A DNA stretch of 64,000 nt from a virus. The first letter of the stretch is position 1. Each line of letters begins with the position of its first letter. Below, piece after piece: positions 27,125 to 36,952 of the stretch. The stretch is from positions 64,001 through 128,000 of IMG/VR virus record IMGVR_UViG_3300036791_001056, one strand, 5' to 3'. The notes beneath the pieces are model-generated. The model did no database searches. It saw nothing but the letters and a program-made list of their open reading frames with translations, and was not told the DNA's origin. Position numbers and translations under genes: made by a program.

Positions 27125-30100
27125 GCTGCGCTCGTCACCTTCGTGTTGTCACTGCTGATCTGAGAGTTCCGCGTGATGATCTCACCCTTGACCTTGACGT
27201 CATTCCGCAGCGTAGACTCGCCGCGCCAGTGCGCGAACACCTGATCAGGCTGGATGCTCTGCTCGAGCCGGGCGAAGTCAGTGGCCGGCTGCACAGGTGA
27301 TCCCCGGAGAAATGCTGTGGATCTAGTCGCTGCCTTAGCATCGGTGAACCGCTTAATGAACGCCTTAGCGGTGCTTGATCCCTTGGGCTCAGCCCACGAG
27401 GACAGCAGCCGCGCGCTGGCGCGCCAGCTGCGCCCCTCTCGGTCAGCGCTCAAGATGTTCCGCGCGTAGTCACCGTACACGTACCGGACGACCTTCAGCG
27501 GCCGATCGTGCTGACCGGTCTCCTTGAGCACCTGATCAGTGTAGTGCTGCTGCGCCCGCGCGGACCAGTAGCTCAGTGCGTCTCGCCGGCGCTGCGCTGC
27601 CTCAGGTGACGTGTCTGAGTAGCCGTACCGCGCCTCATCACCATGAAGAAAGTCGTGAGTGTCGTGACGGCCGGCGAAGTCAGTAACACGCAGCAATGGT
27701 GGCTCAGTCATCGCCATGCTGCGTGTGTACTTACCAATCACAGTGTCAGCGTCATTTCCTGAGAAAGACCAGCGGCTGATCTGGCTGGCTACCTCAGCTG
27801 CCACCGCCCGGGCCGCGTTATCGGGCACACCAGCAGCCGCCACGGCGCGCGTGATAAAGTTGCGCTTAAGCTGCGCTAGGCGCGCGCTCCGGTCCTTCTT
27901 GTCGTGAACCAGCTTGTCAGTCTCATCATTCTCAGGGAATGACAAGTTGGTCATCCCGATGAGCTGCTTAATGTGCTGCGCCGCGTCAGGTGCCGCGGCG
28001 CCGGGAACGACTTGCCCGCTCAAGTGCTCGTCAAAGCCGCCTACCAGCGCCTTCCGGGTGCCTGACGTGAAGTCACCCGCCACGAACGGCGATGATGTGT
28101 CAGCGGCTGCCACCTGGTCACGCACCGCCTGCAGCCGGTCACGGATGACCCGCAGCGCGGCGATCCCAGCAGGCGGGATGGGCTCTGACCGGAAGCCAAA
28201 CTCATTCGGCTGCTTGTTCTCAATCGCCCAGTCTACCCGCCGCAGATCATCACCGATAACTCGCACGATCTCAGCGGGCGCATGCTCACCAGGTAGTGGC
28301 TCCCGCGGGTACAGCGCGGCGTCATCACGCCGCAGCGTCTTACCCGCGTTACCAGCACTAACTACTGGTGACTGGTATGACGACACGCCGGGAACAGTTC
28401 TGGCGGCTTGATCGATGCTCTGCAGCTCGTCAGCGATCTGAGTCGCGTCGAGCTGCGTGTGAGAGATCACGCGCTGGGGCGCAGCCGGGACGTGAGGTGC
28501 AGGCGGCGCTGCTGGCTCAACGCGCTCAGCTTCACGTGCTACCTCACCCGGCGCAAGACTTAGCTTATCAGTTGATACCCAGACTTGTTTCTTGCCACCG
28601 TCCCACTTAACGTAAAAGCCACCACTCGTTGGGTAACTCGTTATCGTTCCGGTCTTCTTCCCAGCAGAAACACGATCCCCTGAGCGGAACGCAGTTGCTT
28701 CACCAGCCGTCACGGTGCTCACATCAGCTGGTGTCGCTGGCTCAGCGCGCTCTGCCTCGCGCCGCGCCAGGTCAGCCTCCCACTCTGCCGTGCTGGCGAA
28801 TCCTCCGGCCGCGCGCTCCCGCGCTGCCGCAGCGCGGCGCTGCCCACTGCGCTGGATCGCCCGCTTCAGGTTCTGCGCATCTGGCGAGTCCAGGCCGATG
28901 TTGTCACGCGCTGCCTCATAACCTCGGCGCAGCGCCTCGTGCTCATCATCAGTAGGAACGTAGCCGGGCAGGCGGGTGCGGCCTGAGATGACGTGCGCCG
29001 CCGCTACGTCTCCTTGCCACTCACCGCGCTGATCCAGCAGGTCAGCGTGCGTCCGCGCGAATGACTCATACCAGCTCGGAGTGTGCGGCTCGTGATCTTC
29101 ACTGGCGTTCTCTTCCGCGGCCGTCATCAAGTCACGTTCGTACGGTGACATGTGCTCCCGGCTCGCCAGCTCCGTCCACAGCTGCTCGTTCGGGTCGGGC
29201 TCCGGCTCGGACTCGATGCCTAGAATCGCATCATTAACGTGCTTAATGTGACTCGCTAGCGCGCCGTCACCCGCGTCCTCAGCTCGGTTCTTCGCCAGCC
29301 GCAAGTCTTGCGCGGCACTCAAGGCAGCGCCCGCGGCAAAGTGCTGGCGAGCGCTCTCGAGGTGCTGCTTAACGTCAGCGGGCGCGTCTTGCTCAGCCAG
29401 CTTGCTGATGTTGTGGTACAGCGGGATGGCGTCGAACGCTTGCTGCGCAGTGTCATACCGAGCGGGCAACTTCTCGCGCACCGCTACACCCGCTGCGTCA
29501 GTCTTATAATGGATGGCTGAGTACTTGCCGTCCGCGTCCTTACTCGGCACCTTGCCGATCTTCACGCCGGCGTGTGACACGGTTCCCTTGCGCTTATCCA
29601 CCTCGGCCTGAGCGTACCTCGGCCCGCAGGGAGGCCGCACGCAGATGTAGCCGTGGATGTAGCCTTCCGGTCCCACCTTAATAAGATCAGCCAATGCCAC
29701 ACGCTTCTTAACTGACCGCGCTGTCCCAGCAGGCGGCACGCCAAGAGACCCGCCGCGCAGGTCTTGCCCGCTCGGCTGAGTGCCGCCGTGCCCACCCGGC
29801 GGCCAGTAACCGTCCATACCCTGTGGTCCCTGCGGGAACGCAGCGTGCGGTCGCTGGGCCGCAACGCGGCCAGAACTCGGGAGCGCGTCGTCGTGGCTCT
29901 CAGGGAGGTCGGCAGTCGACCGCGGCTGATTACCTGCGCCGTCCCAGCGCGGAGGCTCAGCACCCGGCGTGAAGCCTGGGACTCCGCCCGGAACCGGCGG
30001 CATCTGCATCGCGCCGCCGCCAGCTGCCGGGGGGCTCTGCGGCTGCTGATCCTCCCAGATCTCCTCACCGCTCAGGTCTACGGTGCGGCGCAGCTGCTTC

Positions 30101-30183
30101 TCAGCGTGATCAGCATCACGCAGCGCTTGACGGCTGACCACCCGCGGGCTGAAGTCTGCCATGCGGTTGGCCAGCGTGCTCAC
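27121..30183 (-). CDS. Head-region polyprotein with SH3/KOW-like module and putative C-terminal ART-like domain
   Basis: KVGPEGYIHGYICVRPPCG tag; GDRV...GTI......YVKWDG module; C-terminal VVRY / LSSW / GEII spacing resembles R-S-E ARTs (tentative). Confidence 0.75.
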   Translation of the reverse strand: MSTLANRMADFSPRVVSRQALRDADHAEKQLRRTVDLSGEEIWEDQQPQSPPAAGGGAMQMPPVPGGVPGFTPGAEPPRWDGAGNQPRSTADLPESHDDALPSSGRVAAQRPHAAFPQGPQGMDGYWPPGGHGGTQPSGQDLRGGSLGVPPAGTARSVKKRVALADLIKVGPEGYIHGYICVRPPCGPRYAQAEVDKRKGTVSHAGVKIGKVPSKDADGKYSAIHYKTDAAGVAVREKLPARYDTAQQAFDAIPLYHNISKLAEQDAPADVKQHLESARQHFAAGAALSAAQDLRLAKNRAEDAGDGALASHIKHVNDAILGIESEPEPDPNEQLWTELASREHMSPYERDLMTAAEENASEDHEPHTPSWYESFARTHADLLDQRGEWQGDVAAAHVISGRTRLPGYVPTDDEHEALRRGYEAARDNIGLDSPDAQNLKRAIQRSGQRRAAAARERAAGGFASTAEWEADLARREAERAEPATPADVSTVTAGEATAFRSGDRVSAGKKTGTITSYPTSGGFYVKWDGGKKQVWVSTDKLSLAPGEVAREAERVEPAAPPAPHVPAAPQRVISHTQLDATQIADELQSIDQAARTVPGVSSYQSPVVSAGNAGKTLRRDDAALYPREPLPGEHAPAEIVRVIGDDLRRVDWAIENKQPNEFGFRSEPIPPAGIAALRVIRDRLQAVRDQVAAADTSSPFVAGDFTSGTRKALVGGFDEHLSGQVVPGAAAPDAAQHIKQLIGMTNLSFPENDETDKLVHDKKDRSARLAQLKRNFITRAVAAAGVPDNAARAVAAEVASQISRWSFSGNDADTVIGKYTRSMAMTEPPLLRVTDFAGRHDTHDFLHGDEARYGYSDTSPEAAQRRRDALSYWSARAQQHYTDQVLKETGQHDRPLKVVRYVYGDYARNILSADREGRSWRASARLLSSWAEPKGSSTAKAFIKRFTDAKAATRSTAFLRGSPVQPATDFARLEQSIQPDQVFAHWRGESTLRNDVKVKGEIITRNSQISSDNTKVTSAA

Positions 30184-33100
30184 GTCATCACCGCACTCTT
30201 GGGCATCGCTGTCATGTATGCGATAGTAACGCCTCGCTGTGAATCACGATGAACTGCGGTCAAGTGCAGCGGCTGATCTCTGTCGAGGATCAGCTCCCGC
30301 TCTTCTGGTGAGTCTGAGAACGGCTGCGCCCAGACAGCAGGTGTACCCTTTGGCACAGTGATGTGCAGAACTGTCTTATTCTCACGACCCACATCATATG
30401 CGCCTGACGTAAGTGACGTCGAGGAGAACCCATGATCCGCGATCACATCACCCGGTGACAGATCACGCAGCGCCTGCTCATCATCCAGCTCACGATGCAC
30501 GATTACAGCAGCAGGCAGTGGCTGCATCGCTGATGACAGATGCTCACTCATCTCTCGGGAGTGAGCATCAATGTTGCCACTCCGCAGCCCATCATTAATG
30601 TCCTGGTAGCCGTTGCCAATGTAACCAGTGATGGCCCCGACCTGCGCAGGTGTGTACGTGAACGCACGACTCAACTTACGGCCAAAGGCACGTGCCTCTG
30701 CTGCGCTGGTAATCTCACTAGCATTAACTGTGCCTGTTACCCGTGACCACTCACCGTGAGCATCACGGGGCTCAAGTGAGTCGAATCGCTTTTCAACGGC
30801 AGCGCTACTCACCGGAACAAGCCACGGCTCACCGTCACGCAGCTCGATGATCACGTCACCTGAGCTCAGCTCACCGGGCTGCGCATCAGCTGGTTCTGCG
30901 GCAGCAGCACTCTTCGCCACGCTCTCGTACCGCGCGTGCCCCGTTGCCTCCTGCGCCGCGCGGAAGTCAGCCTCGCTGAAGCCGTACTCACCGAGCCGGT
31001 TCATCTTGGACACTGCCTTGGACGCGAAGTCCGGGTAGTGCCAGACGGTCACGCGCTGGCTCTGCATGTCCACAACCTGGACAATCAGCGCGGGCCGCAA
31101 GTTCGCGCTCGCCACCGCGGCGCGCTTGCGCTCGATCTCCTCACGCTTGATTGCCGTCTTCAGGTTCTGAGCGTTGCTGTTGAGCGTCTTCAGCTCGCCG
31201 CCGTAGTCACCGATCTTAAAGTCCAGCGGCGTCTGCCGCGACATCCAGCCGCCCGTCGCTGAGATCGGCTCGTACGTCACGCCGAGCTGCTGCTCGAGCA
31301 GGTGCGCACCGTGAGCAGCGAACAGCTGCTCGAACGTGTCACCAATCTCAGACTTGCCCATCGGGCTGCCCGTGACCGGGTTGACGAACTGAGTGGGCGT
31401 CTGGACGGGATCGCGCTGGCCCTTCCAGCGCTTGGACGGAACGGCGCCTGCTGTCCACTCACCGCGCGCATTACGCAGCTCAGCTGGGTCGAACTTCTTC
31501 TCAGCCCGGCCATACCACCGGTCGCAGACGTGATCCGCGTCGATGTGCCCGCGGACGAGGGTGCACTTACCGTGCTCATCATCTACGTCGCTCGGCCGGT
31601 ACATGACGCAGCTGGCGCAGCGCTGGCTGGCGCGCCGGTCTGCCTGCCGGTAGTCAACCGTGCCTGGGCTGAGCAGCTCGGCCTTCTGGCACTTGATGAA
31701 CAGCCCCGTGACGAGCTGCTTCTGGACGGGTCCCGCCGTCTCGAGAGCGCGCCGGACGCGCTTCGGGTGCTCACGCAGCTCCGGCCGGATCGCCGGGTTG
31801 TCCCTCAGCTCGCGCGGGTCCCACCAGGCGATGGCCTCGGGCTCCTCATTGTCCGGGTCGTCGGGGTTAGCGCCCTTAGCGCGGTCGAGAATCGGTACAT
31901 CAGACTCCCGGCCCACGCTGAGCACGTGCCCTCGGTACGGTCCCTCACCGGTCTCCCAGGTCCCGGTGACGCTGCCAGCCGGCACGGGAAGTCCAGTTTC
32001 CTCACCCCACTCGCGCCGGGCCGCCTCCTCCACGCTCTCACCGGGGTCCTCGGGCCGGCCGCCGGGGAACTCCCAGTACCCACCCGCGGGATCATCCTCA
32101 TTGTGGGCGCGCTGGATCATCAGGACCCGGCCCGTGTCACGAGCCCGCACCGCCAGACCTCCGGCCACGAAGCCGTCTGCCGTCAGCGGCGCAGCAACTG
32201 ACGCAAAATCGGACTTAGAGACAGACCACCTATCTGCGCTATCATACGCTGTTTCACCGTGGCGCTGCAACTGTGACTTGACTGCCGTTACTGCTGAGCC
32301 ACGCGGCATCGGCACCGGGTTAAAGCCCGGCAGTGGCGGCGCGGTAATGTGACTGAGATCGATGCCAAACGCGCTGCCCGGCACCAGGGCGCACCTACAG
32401 CGCGGATGCCCGGGCGGGCCCTCCCGGCCGTCCGGGAACAGCCCCGTGACCGGAACGGCACCCGCCGCCTCATTGCCGCGGCAGATCTTGCAGACGCGCT
32501 CATCCGGCGCGACCAGCCACTCCTTGGTGTCGATCCCGTCATCGCGGTACCGGTCCAGCGTGCCGCACGTAACCGCTCGAGCGAGCTCCGTCTGCGCGAT
32601 CATCTCCGCGCGCTCTGGTACAGTCAATAGGTCCTGGATGCGGCGGGCCAGCTCACCCACGCTCTGCCCCTCGGCGAGCGCCCCGGCGATCTCCCGCGCC
32701 AGGTCATCCAGCCCCGTCTGAGAGACGGACTGGATGGTGTTGACGCCCCACTGCTGCAGCAGCTGCTGCAGGCGCGGCCCATCAGCCACCAGCGCGGCCG
32801 CGTCGAAGTCACCGGGCTCCCAGCCGCCCCAGTCAGGCACCTCGGCGGTGGCGGCGATCTCCGGCGTGGCGATCCCGGCGATGACGTGCTCAGCCGAGAC
32901 GGTGCCGAGGGCGTACCCCTCGGTCCAGAGCTGCCCGAAGACGCGCCGCAGCGCGGCGGCGATCAGCTCGCTGATGTGCTGCGCCGCCCACTGCGCGGTG
33001 GCGCGGATCACGCCGCCGAAGAACTGGCTGATGAACTCGCGCACAGCCGTCATCGCTGATGCGAAGGCGCCCTGGATCTTGGGCGCGTAGATCTTCACCA

Positions 33101-36100
33101 GGTCGAGGTCACGCAGCCAGCCGGGCCAGCTCGGCTCAGCCTTTGCTACCCACTCGTACTCAGCAGGAGCGAGGCGAAAGGTGCGCACCTTCGCGACGCT
33201 GACGGCCTCATCAGCGGTCAGCCCCTCCGCCATGCTTCTCGCGATGTCACCCAGCGCGGTGTTCGGGATGAAGCACGCCGTCCACGTCGTGACGGGCCGG
33301 CCCTTGCGCAGGTGCCGCGCCAGCGCCTCGAACTCCGCGCTGGCGCGCTTATCCATGTCAGGCACGCTGACCTTGGCGGCGCTGGCGCGCTCGCGGTTAG
33401 CGGTGACGGCAGCCGCGTGACCCGGCGTGGGTGCACCCGCGCGGCTCGGCTTGGCGCCCGCCGGTGAGGCAGAGGCGGGAGCAGCCAGCGCTGCCTGCCG
33501 CTCCTGCATCGTCTGGTCGTGGGCCTCTTGAGCGCGCTGCTCTTGCTGCACTCCTGCGGCGGTGCTGCTGACCGTCTGCGTGGTCTGAGCGTTGGTGCCA
33601 GCGGTCTGAGCGCGAGTCTGCTCCGTCTGCGCCTGCGTCTGCTCGGTGCCCGCTTGGGTCTGCGCCGTCTGCGCCACCGTCTGAGCGATGCCAGCGTGCG
33701 TTGCCGCGGTGCCCGCCTGCGTCTGAGCGATCTGCGCCTGCGTCTGCGCCGACTGCTGCGCGGTGCTCTCGACCGAGTTCGCGATGCCCATGTGCGTCTG
33801 CGCCGTCTGCGCCTGAGTGCGCTCTGTGCCGGCCTGTGTCTGAGCCAGCTGCGCCTGAGACTGCGCCACCGCGTTCTGCGCCTGCTGCACCGCCGTCGAG
33901 AGCGGCACCGGCCCGTTGGGCGTGACGATGAGCGGCTCGCTGGACTCCTCGAGGCCGTACGGCTGCAGGTTGAGCTCTTGCCGGCACTCGTCGATGGTCC
34001 GCAGCCCGTTCTGCATCTGCTGGACCAGCACGCCGGTGAGCGCGTCCTGGTCCTCCTCTTGCTGCAGCCCCTCGAAGGTGAACTGCATGTCGTCCTGCTG
34101 GCAGATCACCTGCAAGACCGCGTTGAAAATGTCCGAGAGGAACTTCAGCAGCGGCGTGACGCCCGTGTCCTCGCTGCGGTCGTGCGACTGCTTCGCCATC
34201 TGGTTCTGCGCACCGGACGAGTGCGACGAGCTGCGCCCCGGCGTGAACCCGATCTCCAGCGGCGTCACCCCGAACGCTGAGCAGACCTCGCTGATGAGCA
34301 GCTGGTCCAGCTCGTCCGCGGTGGTGATCGGGCGCTGCGGCTCGATCTTGCTGTTCGGTGGTAGGACGATGATCTTCTGCTTCCACGCCGGGTCGCCCGC
34401 GATGGCGTTCAGCGCGTCCTGCAGCTCGCGCAGCTGGTTCGGAGTCATCGCCGTGTCGCCCGGGATGACGTATGCGGCTGGCACGGTGGACTCCGAGAAG
34501 AATTCGTACTGGTACCCCTGCTTCTGCAGGCCCGTCATGATCGGGATCAGGGCGCGCTCTACCGGCGGGAAGCCGTACGGCGTCCACGTCCGCGGGACCA
34601 TCGGGACGTACAGCAGCTGGTCGCCGCGGAACTCAGCCAGCTGCCGGCCCTTCAGCCCGCTCTCCTCGATGTCATCATCAAACATCATGGTCATGAGGTC
34701 CGAGCGCGGCACGCCGTAGAGATACTGCTGATAGGCCACGCAGTTCCCTGACCATACGGGATGCCCGTTTCGCCGGGCATAAATCACACCGTTAGGCACA
34801 GTAACGCAGTAAACGCGTCCTGAGTACTGCACCTCTCTTACGCGACTTGCCGGGTAACCAGTTGTGCGAACATACATCCGGTAGCAGCCGTCACCAGAAG
34901 CTCGCACCGATGACGAGTAGCCGAGCTTCTGGATGATCTCTTGGAAGTCATCTGCCATCTGTGTGCTTGAGGTCGCAACAGCGTACTGGGCAGCTCCACT
35001 TCGCTGAGCCTGCGGCCGGCTCTTACTGTACCGGACCTCAGCACCGTCACCCAAGCAGTAGTACCGCCAGAAGATCTCAAGCTGCCGCTTCGGCATCTCA
35101 AGAATCTCTGCTGGCGCGAACTTATCCTTAGCATAACCAAACTGATGGAGATAGCGCCACAGCGCCTTCGCTCGGATCGCCCAGCCAGCCAGCTGCCCGT
35201 TCGTCACATGGTGCTTAACGCCAAAGATCTCGCTGATCAGCCGGCCAAACTCTGCAGCTCCCTTACCATTCTCAGTCTGGCAAATCATAAAGTTGTAGCC
35301 GTTTTTAACGGGATCGTGACTCAGTGAGCCCTCAGACAGGTACATCCCCATGAAGGCAGCATACTGGTCACCTGTCATTGAGATAGGCTCATCATGCCGC
35401 GGGTTATGCCGCCTGCAGCCACACTCGGGTGAGCACCTCCGCGCATAATGCACAGCACCAGTATAGTTAATTTTTACCAGGTTAGCGCGGACTGGGACAG
35501 CTGGTCCATAACTCACGTGCACTGGCTGGTTGTCATCAGCCCACGTGAACGTTTGCCCGGCTGGGGTAAACGTCACGTCACGAAGTTCCCGGCCAGTCCA
35601 TACGCTCGTGGCAACAAGACCAACAGCGGCTGCGTGCACACCCCGTGCTTCACGCCGATGCTCATACTCTAGAAGATGCTGAGCCGGCAGCAACCACTCA
35701 CGCCGTGCTGTAGTATGACTCCGAGTAAGCTGACCTCTATCATCACGGTATGTGCTTGACCTTACCCAGCCTTCAGGACCGGTAGTCGTCAGCACACGGT
35801 GATCTGGCGTTACGAGAGAGTCGGTACCCCGGCCATAGAAGTGAACCATTGGCCCACTGTACGGGTAGTCAACATACGCAACTGGCTGCTGCCACTCAAA
35901 TTCTCCGTTACTGGATCGAGTCGCTACCTCTTCATCATGCTTAAGATCACGGAATAGCTTCCAGCCACTACGAGTGAGAATCTCAGTGTCATCACTGTAG
36001 CACGGCGGGCGCGGCGTGCCACCGTGGAGGTTGAGCAGCGGCCGGATGGTGGGCCCGTTGATGAGCATGAAGTTCTCGAGGTCTGAGCCCAGCACGCCCT

Positions 36101-36776
36101 GGCCCGCGCCCTTGCCCCACGTCGGGATCATGAGGATGGACAGCGCGTCGAAGACCAAGATCTCCTCGATCATCGCGGAGATCCACGTCGCGTAGCTGAA
36201 GTAGTTGCGGTCCGGCCGGTTAAAGAACTTCAGTGCCTTGGCCCGGCGCTTACCAAAGTCGGCCTGCAGCGCCGGTGAGCTCTGGTACGCCTTCTGCGCC
36301 TCAGCGGTGGGGGTAATGTCCCACTCGATGCCTCGGACCTGATTCTTCCGGAACTCGATGCACGATCGGGCGATCGAGTAGACGTCAGCCAGCTTCTGGA
36401 GGGTGCTGAAGCTGACGAGCTTCAGGCCCTCCTGCCCCGGCTGCCCCGTCGGCAGGTTCCAGCCCGGCTCGTACTGGTACCGCCGCGGCACGGGCCTCTC
36501 GGCACCCGGCGGCGGGGTGTCCACGCCGGTCGGCAAGATCGGTGTGAACGGTGAGAACGCGCCCGCGGTGAAGTCCTCCGTCGGGCGCGGCAGGTACGGC
36601 CCGTACAGCGCGCGGTAACCCAGCCCCTCATTCCCGAGCTGCATCGCCAGCGGCGAGAACCGGCCGGTGCTCTGCCCCGGCAGCGCCAGCCCGCTCGATC
36701 CCTGCGGGCCGGGAGTCGGCCGTGCGCCCCCCGGGATGGTCAGGGCACCCCTCAAGATCGCGCCGCGTGATGCCAT
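30180..36776 (-). CDS. Portal protein (intein) fused to MuF, Nudix, Cys4 module, PD-(D/E)xK-like nuclease and ADP-ribosyltransferase
   Basis: Portal: PYGFPPVE, AFGVTP.EIG, TIDECR..L.L.P. MuF: AEMIAQTE...HPRCRC. Nudix: WEFPGG...GES.EEAARREWGEETG. Nuclease-like: PLDF...GELKT. ART: INDGLR/FSSTS/EERELIL. Confidence 0.92.
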   Translation of the reverse strand: MASRGAILRGALTIPGGARPTPGPQGSSGLALPGQSTGRFSPLAMQLGNEGLGYRALYGPYLPRPTEDFTAGAFSPFTPILPTGVDTPPPGAERPVPRRYQYEPGWNLPTGQPGQEGLKLVSFSTLQKLADVYSIARSCIEFRKNQVRGIEWDITPTAEAQKAYQSSPALQADFGKRRAKALKFFNRPDRNYFSYATWISAMIEEILVFDALSILMIPTWGKGAGQGVLGSDLENFMLINGPTIRPLLNLHGGTPRPPCYSDDTEILTRSGWKLFRDLKHDEEVATRSSNGEFEWQQPVAYVDYPYSGPMVHFYGRGTDSLVTPDHRVLTTTGPEGWVRSSTYRDDRGQLTRSHTTARREWLLPAQHLLEYEHRREARGVHAAAVGLVATSVWTGRELRDVTFTPAGQTFTWADDNQPVHVSYGPAVPVRANLVKINYTGAVHYARRCSPECGCRRHNPRHDEPISMTGDQYAAFMGMYLSEGSLSHDPVKNGYNFMICQTENGKGAAEFGRLISEIFGVKHHVTNGQLAGWAIRAKALWRYLHQFGYAKDKFAPAEILEMPKRQLEIFWRYYCLGDGAEVRYSKSRPQAQRSGAAQYAVATSSTQMADDFQEIIQKLGYSSSVRASGDGCYRMYVRTTGYPASRVREVQYSGRVYCVTVPNGVIYARRNGHPVWSGNCVAYQQYLYGVPRSDLMTMMFDDDIEESGLKGRQLAEFRGDQLLYVPMVPRTWTPYGFPPVERALIPIMTGLQKQGYQYEFFSESTVPAAYVIPGDTAMTPNQLRELQDALNAIAGDPAWKQKIIVLPPNSKIEPQRPITTADELDQLLISEVCSAFGVTPLEIGFTPGRSSSHSSGAQNQMAKQSHDRSEDTGVTPLLKFLSDIFNAVLQVICQQDDMQFTFEGLQQEEDQDALTGVLVQQMQNGLRTIDECRQELNLQPYGLEESSEPLIVTPNGPVPLSTAVQQAQNAVAQSQAQLAQTQAGTERTQAQTAQTHMGIANSVESTAQQSAQTQAQIAQTQAGTAATHAGIAQTVAQTAQTQAGTEQTQAQTEQTRAQTAGTNAQTTQTVSSTAAGVQQEQRAQEAHDQTMQERQAALAAPASASPAGAKPSRAGAPTPGHAAAVTANRERASAAKVSVPDMDKRASAEFEALARHLRKGRPVTTWTACFIPNTALGDIARSMAEGLTADEAVSVAKVRTFRLAPAEYEWVAKAEPSWPGWLRDLDLVKIYAPKIQGAFASAMTAVREFISQFFGGVIRATAQWAAQHISELIAAALRRVFGQLWTEGYALGTVSAEHVIAGIATPEIAATAEVPDWGGWEPGDFDAAALVADGPRLQQLLQQWGVNTIQSVSQTGLDDLAREIAGALAEGQSVGELARRIQDLLTVPERAEMIAQTELARAVTCGTLDRYRDDGIDTKEWLVAPDERVCKICRGNEAAGAVPVTGLFPDGREGPPGHPRCRCALVPGSAFGIDLSHITAPPLPGFNPVPMPRGSAVTAVKSQLQRHGETAYDSADRWSVSKSDFASVAAPLTADGFVAGGLAVRARDTGRVLMIQRAHNEDDPAGGYWEFPGGRPEDPGESVEEAARREWGEETGLPVPAGSVTGTWETGEGPYRGHVLSVGRESDVPILDRAKGANPDDPDNEEPEAIAWWDPRELRDNPAIRPELREHPKRVRRALETAGPVQKQLVTGLFIKCQKAELLSPGTVDYRQADRRASQRCASCVMYRPSDVDDEHGKCTLVRGHIDADHVCDRWYGRAEKKFDPAELRNARGEWTAGAVPSKRWKGQRDPVQTPTQFVNPVTGSPMGKSEIGDTFEQLFAAHGAHLLEQQLGVTYEPISATGGWMSRQTPLDFKIGDYGGELKTLNSNAQNLKTAIKREEIERKRAAVASANLRPALIVQVVDMQSQRVTVWHYPDFASKAVSKMNRLGEYGFSEADFRAAQEATGHARYESVAKSAAAAEPADAQPGELSSGDVIIELRDGEPWLVPVSSAAVEKRFDSLEPRDAHGEWSRVTGTVNASEITSAAEARAFGRKLSRAFTYTPAQVGAITGYIGNGYQDINDGLRSGNIDAHSREMSEHLSSAMQPLPAAVIVHRELDDEQALRDLSPGDVIADHGFSSTSLTSGAYDVGRENKTVLHITVPKGTPAVWAQPFSDSPEERELILDRDQPLHLTAVHRDSQRGVTIAYMTAMPKSAVMT
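34743..36002 (-). mobile_element. Intein (420 aa) with LAGLIDADG-like endonuclease in portal
   Basis: PP|CYSDDTEILT.SGW, VTPDH, MGMYLSEGS, YCLGDG, VYCVTVP...WSGN|C; lower GC than flanks. Confidence 0.92.
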
Positions 36777-36952
36777 GACGGCGCCTCCTGAAAGGTGCGA
36801 TGTTCAGATGTTTTTTCAGCGGTGAGAACTGCTTAAGCTGGCGGCCGGCGCAGTGACGTGACTGGCCGGTTGATCCTCTGGTCGTCTGAGGTCTCGATAA
36901 TGACGGTACTCCCAGAGTTATTGCGGACGGTGCCGGTGTTCCTATAGTGAGG

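Noticed and set aside
25351-29664. DGR template/variable repeat pair
   Set aside because: The repeat is identical rather than differing at adenines, and no reverse transcriptase is present in the window
36777-36952. Leader upstream of portal with a stem and AAAAAAC tail resembling a preQ1 riboswitch; alternatively a small ORF from GTG 36960
   Set aside because: Loop consensus is not matched and the coding alternative cannot be excluded; needs cmscan
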